64,000 bases of DNA, taken from Acidimicrobiia bacterium (lineage in GTDB: Bacteria > Actinomycetota > Acidimicrobiia > Spongiisociales > ZC4RG35). The position numbers and the translations under genes were made by a program. The notes under the pieces were generated by a model, which worked only from the letters and a program-made list of their open reading frames with translations, was not told the DNA's origin and made no database searches. Positions 29,311 through 38,727 of the stretch are shown in pieces. The stretch is from contig OZ244034.1 in assembly GCA_965215185.1 (NCBI GenBank), positions 2,784,001 to 2,848,000 of the forward strand, read 5' to 3'. How positions within the stretch are numbered: the stretch's first letter is position 1; each line of letters starts with the position of its first letter.

Positions 29311-30258
29311 AAGAGGAGCAGGTCGTCTTCTACAGGGGCGGGGAGCGGGTGGTTGGGGATCTGTATCTTCCTGAGGCCGGAAAGGGTGAACCTCGCCCGG
29401 CGGTGGTGCAGGGGACCGGGCTGGATGGGTTTGCGCACCGCCCGGCTCTATCGTCCCTATCACGAGGCTTTCCTGGCGGCGGGAATCGTGGTCCTCGTCA
29501 TCGACTACCGAGGGTGCGGGGACTCCGATGGCGACCCGCTGGGGTTCTCGCCCCGCCGACAACTGGAGGATCTCACCAACGCCGTGACCTATCTCACCAC
29601 CCGACCCGAGGTGGACCCCGACCGAATCGGGGTGTTTGGATCAGGGGGGACGGGGGGCGGCAACGCCGTATGTCTGGCAGCCACCGACCAGCGGGTGCGG
29701 TGTGCGGTGGCCCAGGTGCCCGTCTCCGACGGCCGGGATTGGCTGCGCAGGATGCGACCCGCGTATGAGTGGTATGAGTTCCTGGAGCTACTGAAGGCAG
29801 ACCGGGTTCAAAGAGTCACCACCGGCCAGGGGGATCTGGTGCACTCCCAGCAAATCATGATCCCCGCTCCCGAGCGGAGGGCCACCACCATCAAAAAGGA
29901 CGTGGATTCCCGGGTTCCCACCCTGCTGCCGTTGGCTGCGGCGGAAGAGATTATGGCCTATAGACCTATCGACGTGGTGGACCGGATAACTCCGCGACCA
30001 CTTCTGATAGTGGCGGTGGAAGACGATCCGGTCACTCCCACCCAGCACGCGGTGGATCTGTACGAACGGGCGGGTCCGCCCAAGAAACTGATCATTCAGC
30101 GGCACACCACGCACTACGCCGCCTATCGACAGTATGGGAAGACGATCATTCCCCAGATGGTGGATTGGTTTCGCATACATTTATCGACAACCCGGATACA
30201 GGCTGTTGAAGCGACCACAGGTAAAGAGAAGCACATGGTTATCAAGGAGATCGCATGA
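29307..30258 (+). pseudogene. Alpha/beta hydrolase split by a +1 frameshift
   Basis: One frame gives MKEEQVVF..VGDLYLP..PAVVQG; the next frame continues PGWMGLR..IDYRGCGDSDG..VDPDRIGVFG..PRPLLIV..D..H; one extra G in GGGG at 29411-29414. Confidence 0.8.
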
Positions 30259-31646
30259 ACATCACCAGAGTTGTCAGAGGAGCCTCGGTGGTAAGGGACG
30301 GGTCTTTGACCAAGATGGACATTCTGGTGGGGGGTGAGCGAATCGTCGGTCTTACCTTGCCGGATACCATCACGCCCCCTTCCTCGGCCGAGGTGATAGA
30401 GGTCGATGGGCTGTGGGCCCTCCCTGGAGGGGTAGACGTGCATGTCCACCTCCGGGAGCCAGGCTACACCCATAAAGAGGATATCAAAACCGCCACCGCC
30501 GCGGCGGCAGCGGGCGGATACACCACCGTGTTCGGGATGCCCAATGTGAAGCCGCCCACCATGACCGCCCCCGATCTGTGGGCTGCCTTGGCTCTGTACG
30601 ACCAAAAGAGCCTGGTCGACTACAACCACAACCCTGCCGCCAAGCAAAGAGAAGAATTAGCGGAGATGGCCGAGATGGGGATCGCCGCCTATAAAATCTA
30701 CATGGTGGCGGACACCGGGCGGTCCTATCCGCACCCGGCCGCCATCGGGGTTCATGACCACGGCCACCTCCTGGAGGCGATGCAGACCGTGGCCGCCACC
30801 GGGTTGCCCCTGATGGTGCATCCTCATGACCAGCGTATCGAAGAAGTGGTGGAGCAGCGTTTCTGGGAGAAGGGGGATCGGTCTCCGGAGGCGTATGCCC
30901 GTACCCTGATGACCGGGGACGGGATCCTGTGGGACACCGCCACCTCCTTGTTACTCCGTATGGCGGAGGCCACCGGCTGTCGGTTGCACCTCGTGCATAC
31001 CACCACCAGCCGTCAGGTGGAGATGATCCGGGCGGCCCGAAAGCGGGGGGTGAAGGTTACCTGTGAGGCAAATCACTGGACATTGTTCCTGGCTACCTGG
31101 GAGTTGGTGCAGGAACTGGGGCCCTATGTTCTCTCCTATTGGGTGCCCGAGCACCATCAGCAGGCCGTTTGGGAAGCCTTGGCGGACGGCTCGATCGACA
31201 TGGTCGCCTCCGATCACGCTCCCCATACCAGGGCTGAAAAGGATGTGGGGTATCAGGACATGTGGGCCGCTCACACCGGTTCCCCCGGCGTTCAATATCA
31301 GCTGCCGCTGCTGATAGATGCCTATCACCAGGGCCGTATCTCCCTCGCTCGGCTGGTGGACGCGGTAGCCGCTGCTCCCGCCCGTCTGTTCGGCCTCTCC
31401 CGAAAGGGCCGGATCACCCCGGGCGCCGACGCCGACCTGACCCTGATCGATCCCAACCGGGAATGGACCATCACCAACGATTCAGTCCTCTCCAAGATCG
31501 ACTGGACTCCCTACCACGGACGGACCATCCGGGGAGCTGTGGAGCGCACCATGGTGCGGGGAACCGACGTATTTGTTGGTGGAGAAATAGTGGGGGAGCC
31601 CGGCCACGGCCGCCAAGCGGTTCCCGATTCGATGGAGAGGAACTAA
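30255..31646 (+). CDS. Cyclic amidohydrolase (dihydroorotase/allantoinase family)
   Basis: LPGGVDVHVHLREPG, AAAGGYTT..MPN, YKIYM, VH, HLVH, ASDHAPH, KGRITPGADAD. Confidence 0.9.
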   Translation: MNITRVVRGASVVRDGSLTKMDILVGGERIVGLTLPDTITPPSSAEVIEVDGLWALPGGVDVHVHLREPGYTHKEDIKTATAAAAAGGYTTVFGMPNVKPPTMTAPDLWAALALYDQKSLVDYNHNPAAKQREELAEMAEMGIAAYKIYMVADTGRSYPHPAAIGVHDHGHLLEAMQTVAATGLPLMVHPHDQRIEEVVEQRFWEKGDRSPEAYARTLMTGDGILWDTATSLLLRMAEATGCRLHLVHTTTSRQVEMIRAARKRGVKVTCEANHWTLFLATWELVQELGPYVLSYWVPEHHQQAVWEALADGSIDMVASDHAPHTRAEKDVGYQDMWAAHTGSPGVQYQLPLLIDAYHQGRISLARLVDAVAAAPARLFGLSRKGRITPGADADLTLIDPNREWTITNDSVLSKIDWTPYHGRTIRGAVERTMVRGTDVFVGGEIVGEPGHGRQAVPDSMERN

Positions 31647-31649
31647 ATC

Positions 31650-32627
31650 ATGGAGTATGGACTGCTGTTACCCCATTTCGGTCATCACACCGACCGGGAC
31701 ATGCTCTGGCAAGGGGCAAGAAGAGCGGAGGAACTGGGTTTCGATTCGCTTTGGGTGAGGGACCACTTGATGTTCGAGCCGCACGGGGAATTCGAAGCGC
31801 CCAACCGGAACTTCCTGGAACCCTTGACGGTGTTGACCTCGGTGGGATCGGTCACCTCCTCGGTCAAGCTTGGGACTGCCACGCTAATCCCCTACCGCCA
31901 TCCGCTGGTGGTGGCTGCCACCTTGACTTCCATCGATTCGGTGGTGGGGGGTGGCCGGCTGATCACCGCCTGGGGCGCTGGCGGTTACGACTTTGAGTTC
32001 GAGGCGGTGGGGATGGGGGGAATATTCCGTCCCGAGCTAGTGGAGTCCAACGCCCGCATTCTGGCCAAGGTGCTTTCGGAGGATCACGTCAACTACGAAG
32101 ACAAGCATTACCGGTTCGACAACGTGACCATCCGCCCGCGTCCTGCCGCTCCCATCCCCTTCTGGTACGGAGGCGCGACGCCTGCCTCGGCCCGTCGGGC
32201 CGCCACCTATTGCAGCGGATGGATGCCGGGACGGATAACCCTTCCCACCATCGCCAAGCGGGTAACCCAGATGAGCAGGCTCACCGAAGAAAACGGGCGC
32301 CCCATACCGACTGTGGCTTGCATTCCACCAACCAGCATCGGCGAGACCACCGAAGAGGCGATGGAGGGCACCTCACTGGAAGGCTTGCTCGCTTGGGCCA
32401 ACTCCCGCGGCAAATGGTGGGTGAAGCCTGCATCGGGGCGGTTCGAGACTGCTGAGGACATAGAGGGATCACTGATCGCCGGTACCCCTGACGAGGTGGT
32501 AGCTGCCACCGTCAAGTTTGCCGACGTAGGCGTGGATCACCTGGTCTACGACCTGCGGCTCTCCTTTGACCGGTGGCTTCAGAGTATCGAACTACTGGGC
32601 AAGGAGGTCCTCCCCCGCCTGAGGTAG
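31650..32627 (+). CDS. LLM class flavin- or F420-dependent oxidoreductase
   Basis: AEELGFDSLWVRDH, VKLGT, RHP, GRL, PRP..PIPFWYGG, GTPDEV. Confidence 0.9.
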   Translation: MEYGLLLPHFGHHTDRDMLWQGARRAEELGFDSLWVRDHLMFEPHGEFEAPNRNFLEPLTVLTSVGSVTSSVKLGTATLIPYRHPLVVAATLTSIDSVVGGGRLITAWGAGGYDFEFEAVGMGGIFRPELVESNARILAKVLSEDHVNYEDKHYRFDNVTIRPRPAAPIPFWYGGATPASARRAATYCSGWMPGRITLPTIAKRVTQMSRLTEENGRPIPTVACIPPTSIGETTEEAMEGTSLEGLLAWANSRGKWWVKPASGRFETAEDIEGSLIAGTPDEVVAATVKFADVGVDHLVYDLRLSFDRWLQSIELLGKEVLPRLR

Positions 32628-32653
32628 CCTGGCCTCGCCCAAGCCACCGGCGT

Positions 32654-33823
32654 TCAGGTAGTCGGGCTTATCAGTTCGTAGGTCACGGTTTGGTCGTAAT
32701 AGGTGGTGGAAACAATGCTGGTCGTGTCTCCGGTCTCGTCGGGGATGGTCATGTCGGTCGTGACTTCTCCCTGAACCTGGTAGTCGCCCTCCAACACCAG
32801 TCCGGCTTGGGAGTCGAATCGGGTGACAGCGATGATGGTGCTCGGAGTGGCTCTTACCAATAGCTTTAGTTCCGAGATGGCCTCAAGGCCTTCCTGGGCT
32901 TCTCCCTCGGAGAACTCGTCGGAGAACGCCCCGAAAAAGCCCTTCAGGAAGTCGCTCATATCCCATTCGAATCCTTCGGTCCGGTACTCGCTCTCCACTA
33001 CCAGGACGGTGCGCTCTGCTATTGTGTCAACTCCCACCAAGTGATGCTCGGCGTTGGTGACTATGGACCCCAAGCCAACCGGTCCCTCCTGTTCGATTCG
33101 CTCGCTCCATGTGTCCCCGATGCCTATCGGATAGTCGGGGAAGGCGGGGCCGAACGGTCTGTTCAGTTCCTGGCTTCCCATCGAGGCGCCGGACAGGAAG
33201 CTATCTCCACCGAAGAGGCCTTCCAGCGCCTCACTGGAAATCTCCAACACATTTCCCTGCTGATCAACCACCACGGTTATGTCGATCGGCGCCTCAAACC
33301 CTGGCGCCGTGCTTTCCCCGGGGTCAGGCATGGTTATTCCACCCATGGACATCTTGTTTTCGACCAGTTCAAAGTCGGAGAGGATGCGGATGCTGGTGGT
33401 GTCCTGTTCGGGGCCGGGACTGGTCTGGTAGTTGATTGTGCCCACCAGGGTGCTGGATATCTGGATGGGGCCAGGAGGCATTTGTTCTGGTGGTCCGCCT
33501 TCCAATGTCACGTCAGCCTGTTGCTGTACGGTGATATCGTATGCGATTTCACCGGAAGATGGATACCGGTAGGAGACCACCGTCGGCTCGAATGCCACGG
33601 CGGGGTCGGCAGCCGTGGTAGTGGTTTGGGGCGCGGCAGCGGTTGTCGTCGGGACAACGGTGGTACTGGTGGTGGTTTGAGGAGCGGCTGCTGTGGTTGC
33701 AGGTGCGGTGGTGGCCGTTTGATCTGGAGAGGAATCTCCCCCGCATGCGGCTGCCACCAAAGAAAACACGAACAACGCAAGGAGAGGTTTGCGATAGAAG
33801 AAACGACTATGTGTAGGCATCAT
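32654..33823 (-). CDS. Lipoprotein of unknown function with Thr-rich linker
   Basis: Lipobox LVAAACG, duplicated TTAAAPQTTT linker, beta-rich acidic domain. Confidence 0.7.
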   Translation of the reverse strand: MMPTHSRFFYRKPLLALFVFSLVAAACGGDSSPDQTATTAPATTAAAPQTTTSTTVVPTTTAAAPQTTTTAADPAVAFEPTVVSYRYPSSGEIAYDITVQQQADVTLEGGPPEQMPPGPIQISSTLVGTINYQTSPGPEQDTTSIRILSDFELVENKMSMGGITMPDPGESTAPGFEAPIDITVVVDQQGNVLEISSEALEGLFGGDSFLSGASMGSQELNRPFGPAFPDYPIGIGDTWSERIEQEGPVGLGSIVTNAEHHLVGVDTIAERTVLVVESEYRTEGFEWDMSDFLKGFFGAFSDEFSEGEAQEGLEAISELKLLVRATPSTIIAVTRFDSQAGLVLEGDYQVQGEVTTDMTIPDETGDTTSIVSTTYYDQTVTYELISPTT

Positions 33824-34046
33824 TGGCTAAACAGTAGGGGCGGTCGGGGCTTATGAGAGGGGGTTTGTGAGGCTCGGCTGTGACTATCGAAGCGGCGGCG
33901 TTTGTAGGGGTTGTGGTCGTCGCTGGGGTGTCCACAGTGGCGGTATCGGGGAGAGTGGCGGTTCCCGAGGAGGGATCTTCCCCACAGGCTGCTGCCGTTA
34001 TCAACAGCAAGGCTGTGACAAAGAGAAGGTGGGGCCGGTTGTTCAC
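33807..34046 (-). pseudogene. Short or truncated lipoprotein ORF
   Basis: Lipobox ITAAACG and Thr-rich linker with no globular domain; runs into the next gene's promoter. Confidence 0.45.
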
Positions 34047-34149
34047 CGCCCTCCCCGATCCTAACCTTGTGCTATCAGATAAGTCGTTGTAACGTGGGCT
34101 AGGTGACAGGGCGATAGGTCGCCACCCTGAAGGGATTGACTCCTGGTTG

Positions 34150-34728
34150 TTAACCGAAGTAGTCAGGCTCCTGACCAGGTATCCACTTGATGTTGCATCC
34201 GATGGAGGGTTTCTGGACCTTTGCCACCTCGTGGTCGGCCAGTACGGCTTCCACCGCCGCCCGCAGGTCGCTTCCGGTCACCGGGACGGCATTCGAGGGC
34301 CGTGAGTCATCGAACTGGCCCCGGTAGACCAATGCCCGATCTGAGTCGAACACAAAGAAATCGGGTGTGCAGGCCGCCGTGTAGGACTTGGCCACTTCTT
34401 GGGTCTTGTCATACAGATAGGGAAAGGCGTATCCTTTCCGGCGGGCCATGGCGGCGAGCTTGTCCGGTGCATCGCCGGGATACTTATGAGCGTCATTGGC
34501 GCTGATGGCCACGATTGAAACGTCGGGTCCCCGGTAGTCATTGCCGAAAGCGACCAATCCGTCTTGGATGTGGATTACAAACGGGCAGTGGTTGCAGATG
34601 AACATCACCACCAAGGCTTTCCCGGTGCAGTCCGAGAGAGAGACCCTGCCTTTGGTCACCGTATCCGTCAGTGAGAAGTCGGGCGCTTGTGTTCCGAGAG
34701 GAAGCATGGTCGAGAGGGTGTCTACCAC
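34150..34728 (-). CDS. Thioredoxin-family (AhpC/TSA-like) protein
   Basis: STMLPLGTQAPDF, MFICNHCPFV, AACTPDFF, YRGQFDDSRP, SIGCNIKW; GTG at 34728 after GGAG. Confidence 0.9.
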   Translation of the reverse strand: MVDTLSTMLPLGTQAPDFSLTDTVTKGRVSLSDCTGKALVVMFICNHCPFVIHIQDGLVAFGNDYRGPDVSIVAISANDAHKYPGDAPDKLAAMARRKGYAFPYLYDKTQEVAKSYTAACTPDFFVFDSDRALVYRGQFDDSRPSNAVPVTGSDLRAAVEAVLADHEVAKVQKPSIGCNIKWIPGQEPDYFG

Positions 34729-34802
34729 GGTATTTCTCCATTCTGTAATCATCGTTGAGTCTCAAGACCCAAGATTAGACCAGTGGGTAGCCTTGTAAGC
34801 CG

Positions 34803-35714
34803 ATGCCTGAACTTCCTGACATCGCCTTATATCTGCGGGCGCTGGAACCCCGCATAGTGGGCCAGCAGGTAAAGGGCTTTGCCGTCAAGTCCATGTCGGT
34901 CCTCCGCACTTACCACCCTCCTCACGACGCGGTGGTGGGAAGAACGGTGGTTGGCCTGCGGCGCATCGGAAAACTCATAGTGTGGGAATTTGACCAGGAA
35001 CAGCTCTTTTTGGTGATTCACTTGATGGTGGCCGGTCGGTTACGTTGGCATGATCGTTCAGGCGTCAAACCTCCGGGCAAGGTGGGGTTGGCCGCCTGGG
35101 ACTTTCCTGGATCCACTTTGGTGCTCACCGAGCAGGGATCAAAGCGACGGGCGGGGATATGGGCAATTTCGGGAGAGGAGAACCTGATGGCCGAGGACCG
35201 GGGAGGTCTGGAGCCCCTAGAAATCTCTTTCCAACAGTTCAGCGAGGCGATTCGTGGTAGAAACCACACCCTCAAGAGGGCCTTGACCAGCCAGAGCATT
35301 CTGTCGGGGATCGGCAATGCCTATTCGGACGAGATCCTGTGGGAGGCTCGGCTGTCACCGGTGAAGATGACCTCCCGGCTGGACGCTCGGGAGGCAGAGC
35401 GTCTGTATGAAGCGGTCCAAAGAGTGCTGTCGTCCTGGATAGAAAGATTGGCCGAAGAAACCGGGGAAAGGTGGCCCACCAAGGTGACCGCTTTTCGACC
35501 GGAGATGGCGGTGCACGGCAAGTTCGGAGATCCCTGTCCCCGCTGCGACAACCCGGTATAGAGGATTGTCTATGCCAGCAATGAGACCAACTATTGCGCC
35601 GCCTGCCAGACGGAAGGAAGGCTCCTGGCCGATCGCTCGCTTTCCCGGTTGCTCAAAAAGGATTGGCCCAAGACCTTGGAGGAGTTGGAGGAACATGTCC
35701 GCGGGCGTCCCTGA
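34803..35714 (+). pseudogene. Fpg/Nei family DNA glycosylase with in-frame TAG at 35559-35561
   Basis: MPELP, IGK, HLMVAG, H2[33 protein letters not shown] continuing in frame to TGA 35714. Confidence 0.85.
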
Positions 35715-35766
35715 CCCAACAGCCCCCTCGATATTATGAGAAGTCAGTGACTAATGGAGGTGCAGA

Positions 35767-36663
35767 TTGTCCGTTCCTGTCCGATTGTCGGGCGTTACCA
35801 AGAGTTATGGCAAAGCCCGGGGGGTGATAGACCTCGACTTGGAAGTGCGGGCAGGAGAGGTCTTTGGATACCTCGGACCCAACGGCGCCGGCAAGACTAC
35901 CACCATCCGGATGCTGGTGGACCTGATCCGACCTCAACAGGGAAAGGTGGAGGTGTTGGGTGGTTCCCCCAGCGATCCCTCCATTAGGCGTCGGATCGGG
36001 TATTTGCCCGGGGAGGTCGAATTCTATGAACGGATGTTGGGTGGTGACTTCCTAACCTACCTTGGCAATTTGCGGGGCAAGGGCGGAGATGCCCGAGCCG
36101 AGGAACTCGCCGAGAGAGTCGATCTGGATCTCTCCAGGCGGATAGGAGATCTCTCCAAGGGAAACCGCCAGAAACTGGGACTGGTGCAGGCGTTGATGCA
36201 TCGACCCGAACTGGTGATACTGGATGAACCCACCTCCGGGCTCGACCCCTTGGTGCAACAGGAGGTATATCGGCTCATAGATGAGATCAAATCCGAAGGG
36301 GTCACCATCTTCTTTTCCTCCCACGTTCTTTCGGAGGTGGAAAGGGTGGCCGATCGGGTGGGAATCATCCGACAGGGGAAATTGGTAGAAGTGGAGGAAT
36401 TGGAAGCCTTTCGCCAAAGAGCGGTGCGCGCCTTCGAAGTGGTGTTCGAAGACTCGCCGTCTGCTGCCGAGTTCGAACAACTAGATGGGGTCCGCTCCGC
36501 CAGCGTGCATGGCAACATACTTCACTGCCAGGTAATCGGCAGTATCGACCCACTGGTCAAGGTCGTGGCAAGCCATACGGTTCGCAACCTGGTGAGCCAT
36601 GGCGCCGATCTGGAGGCCCTGTTTTTGGATTACTACCGAGGAGAGACTGAACGTGCTGAATAA
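35767..36663 (+). CDS. ABC transporter ATP-binding protein (exporter type)
   Basis: GPNGAGKTT, LSKGNRQK, ILDEPTSGLDP, SSH. Confidence 0.93.
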   Translation: MSVPVRLSGVTKSYGKARGVIDLDLEVRAGEVFGYLGPNGAGKTTTIRMLVDLIRPQQGKVEVLGGSPSDPSIRRRIGYLPGEVEFYERMLGGDFLTYLGNLRGKGGDARAEELAERVDLDLSRRIGDLSKGNRQKLGLVQALMHRPELVILDEPTSGLDPLVQQEVYRLIDEIKSEGVTIFFSSHVLSEVERVADRVGIIRQGKLVEVEELEAFRQRAVRAFEVVFEDSPSAAEFEQLDGVRSASVHGNILHCQVIGSIDPLVKVVASHTVRNLVSHGADLEALFLDYYRGETERAE

Positions 36664-37504
36664 CGTAACTCTGAAGACACTGCGGGACCGCCGCCGGTCG
36701 CTGCTTTGGTGGGTAGTGGGAATCTTCGCTTATCTGCTGGGGATTGGAGCGATCTATCCCTTTGTGGCGGAGAATCAGGAGCAGTTCGAGTCTCTCATAT
36801 CTGCATACCCCGAGGAGTTGTTGGCGATCATGGGCATAGGGGGAGACGAGAGTCTGTTTGATCCGGTGGGCTTCATGCAGGCAGAAGCCCTGGGGTGGAT
36901 CGTGCCACTGGTTTTTTCCATCTTCGGCGCAGTCCAAGGAGCCTGGGCTGTAGCGGGAGAAGAGGAGGCCGGCACCATTGATCTGGTGATGGCCACGCCC
37001 CTCTCCAGATCCGGCTTGGTTTGGCAAAAATGGCTGGCATTGGCGTTGACGGAAGTAGTGCTAGGCGCGGCGCTCTTTGCCTCTATAGCCGTGGACGGTT
37101 GGCTGTTTGAGGTTGACATTCCTCTGGGCAACATCGGCGCAGGCGCCTTAATGGCGGTGCTGTTGGGGGTGTTCTTTGGATCATTGGCCCTTGCTTTGGG
37201 GGCCCTCACCGGGCTTCGTAGTGTATCGGTGGGGGTGGTTACCTTTGTGGCGGCAGGTTCATATCTGCTCAATTCGCTGGGCAGTTTGGTGGAGAGCCTG
37301 GATGCTTTGAAGCCCTTTTCGCCCTTCTATTACTACAACACCTCCAATCCGCTTCGCAACGGTTTGGACTTTGAACATGCTCTGATTTTGGGGGGCCTGG
37401 CGGTGGTGTTTATGGGTATTGGTCTGCTGGCAGTGCGCCGTCGGGATTTGGGAGTGGGCGGCATGCGTCTTCCCATACCCCGACTCAGGAAGGCCTCCGG
37501 CTGA
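36653..37504 (+). CDS. ABC-2 type transporter permease
   Basis: Six TM segments, AGEEEAGTIDL..PLSR, SPFYYY, RRD; GTG at 36653. Confidence 0.88.
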   Translation: MLNNVTLKTLRDRRRSLLWWVVGIFAYLLGIGAIYPFVAENQEQFESLISAYPEELLAIMGIGGDESLFDPVGFMQAEALGWIVPLVFSIFGAVQGAWAVAGEEEAGTIDLVMATPLSRSGLVWQKWLALALTEVVLGAALFASIAVDGWLFEVDIPLGNIGAGALMAVLLGVFFGSLALALGALTGLRSVSVGVVTFVAAGSYLLNSLGSLVESLDALKPFSPFYYYNTSNPLRNGLDFEHALILGGLAVVFMGIGLLAVRRRDLGVGGMRLPIPRLRKASG

Positions 37505-37536
37505 GCAACCGCCACCTGTTGGAGGTGGTTTAGATC

Positions 37537-38727
37537 ATGTCGCGTTTCCCAGGAGGCGCGGACGGCGCCCGGCCTATCGACCTCGGTTCCCGCAACACCA
37601 ATCTTGATCTGATCCGGGGGGTGGCAGTACTGGGCATCCTGGTTATGAACGTTGTCTCCTATGGACTCGGCCCTGGTCCTTATTTCAACCTATCCGCGGG
37701 TGGCTCCGAGACCTGGTCCGATTGGCTGATCGGAGGATTCGGCGAGGTATTCGTTGACCAGAAGTTCATGGGCCTTTTCTCTGTGTTGTTCGGCGCCGGT
37801 ATCGCCCTGTTTTGTGACCGGGTCGCAAAGAGGACTCGGCGACCGGTTTCGCTCAGCCTGTGGCGCAACCTCCTGCTGCTGGGCATCGGCGTTCTTCACT
37901 ATCTGCTGTGGGAGGGGGACATTCTGATCGGCTACGCCTTGGTCTCCCCGCTCATAATCCTGTTGCGCAATCGTCGCCGGCGCACGCTGTTCATTCTGGG
38001 CGGGGCGATGGTATTGCTGTCACCGTTGTCTGCTGTCTTGTTCCAAGCCGCTCTTGTGGGCGACGGAAGCGGATTGGGAGCATTTTGGACCGCCACCGGG
38101 GAGATGACAAGCACGGCTCAGGCTTTTATCGTTATCGATTTCTTTTCCAGGGCGGTGGGAATGATGCTGCTCGGCGTGGGGCTTTACCGCAACGGGGTGA
38201 TAACCGGCGACCGCTCGATTGGCTTCTACCGGCGGGCGGCGGTGGTCGGCCTGGGTGTGGGGCTGCCCCTGGCGGCGATCGGCCTCGCCTGGGTGGCGGC
38301 AGACGGTTTTTCTCCTGGTGTAGCGTTGATTGGGACCATCCCCAACACCTTGGGTACTGTCCCGGCCGTGATAGGTTACGCCAGCCTCATCATCCTCTGG
38401 AATCGTCGATCAGAGACCTCGCTTCACCGGCGCCTGCGCTCTTGCGGGCGGATGGCGCTCACCAACTATCTGACCCAGACCGTCTTAGGTGTTTCGATCC
38501 TGCGCTGGATACTGGCCGACACGACTCTTACCCGAACCATGCTGGCCGGTTTTGTGATGGTGGTCTGGGCGCTGCAGCTCTGGTGGTCCCCGGCCTGGCT
38601 TGGCCGTTTCCGTTACGGTCCCGCCGAATGGCTATGGAGGGCCGCTACCTACTTGCGCCCTCAGCCCTGGCGATGGTCAGGCCCGCCCACTGGGGAGCAA
38701 ATCAAAGCCGGGCCAGTTCCTCGATAA
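37537..38727 (+). CDS. DUF418 (YeiB-like) membrane protein
   Basis: LDLIRGVAVLGIL, KFMGLFSVLFG, GDIL..Y, GRMALTNYL.Q, FRYGPAEWLWR. Confidence 0.9.
   Translation: MSRFPGGADGARPIDLGSRNTNLDLIRGVAVLGILVMNVVSYGLGPGPYFNLSAGGSETWSDWLIGGFGEVFVDQKFMGLFSVLFGAGIALFCDRVAKRTRRPVSLSLWRNLLLLGIGVLHYLLWEGDILIGYALVSPLIILLRNRRRRTLFILGGAMVLLSPLSAVLFQAALVGDGSGLGAFWTATGEMTSTAQAFIVIDFFSRAVGMMLLGVGLYRNGVITGDRSIGFYRRAAVVGLGVGLPLAAIGLAWVAADGFSPGVALIGTIPNTLGTVPAVIGYASLIILWNRRSETSLHRRLRSCGRMALTNYLTQTVLGVSILRWILADTTLTRTMLAGFVMVVWALQLWWSPAWLGRFRYGPAEWLWRAATYLRPQPWRWSGPPTGEQIKAGPVPR

Noticed and set aside
33590-33720. Thr-rich repeats (also 49240-49340) as tandem-repeat or CRISPR-like elements
   Set aside because: They are in-frame low-complexity linkers of exported proteins with no repeat-spacer structure.
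35559-35561. Pyrrolysine or stop-codon reassignment at the Fpg TAG
   Set aside because: TAG is an ordinary stop for many genes here (e.g. fumC, ilv leader), no pyl genes are visible, and a single C>T change explains it.
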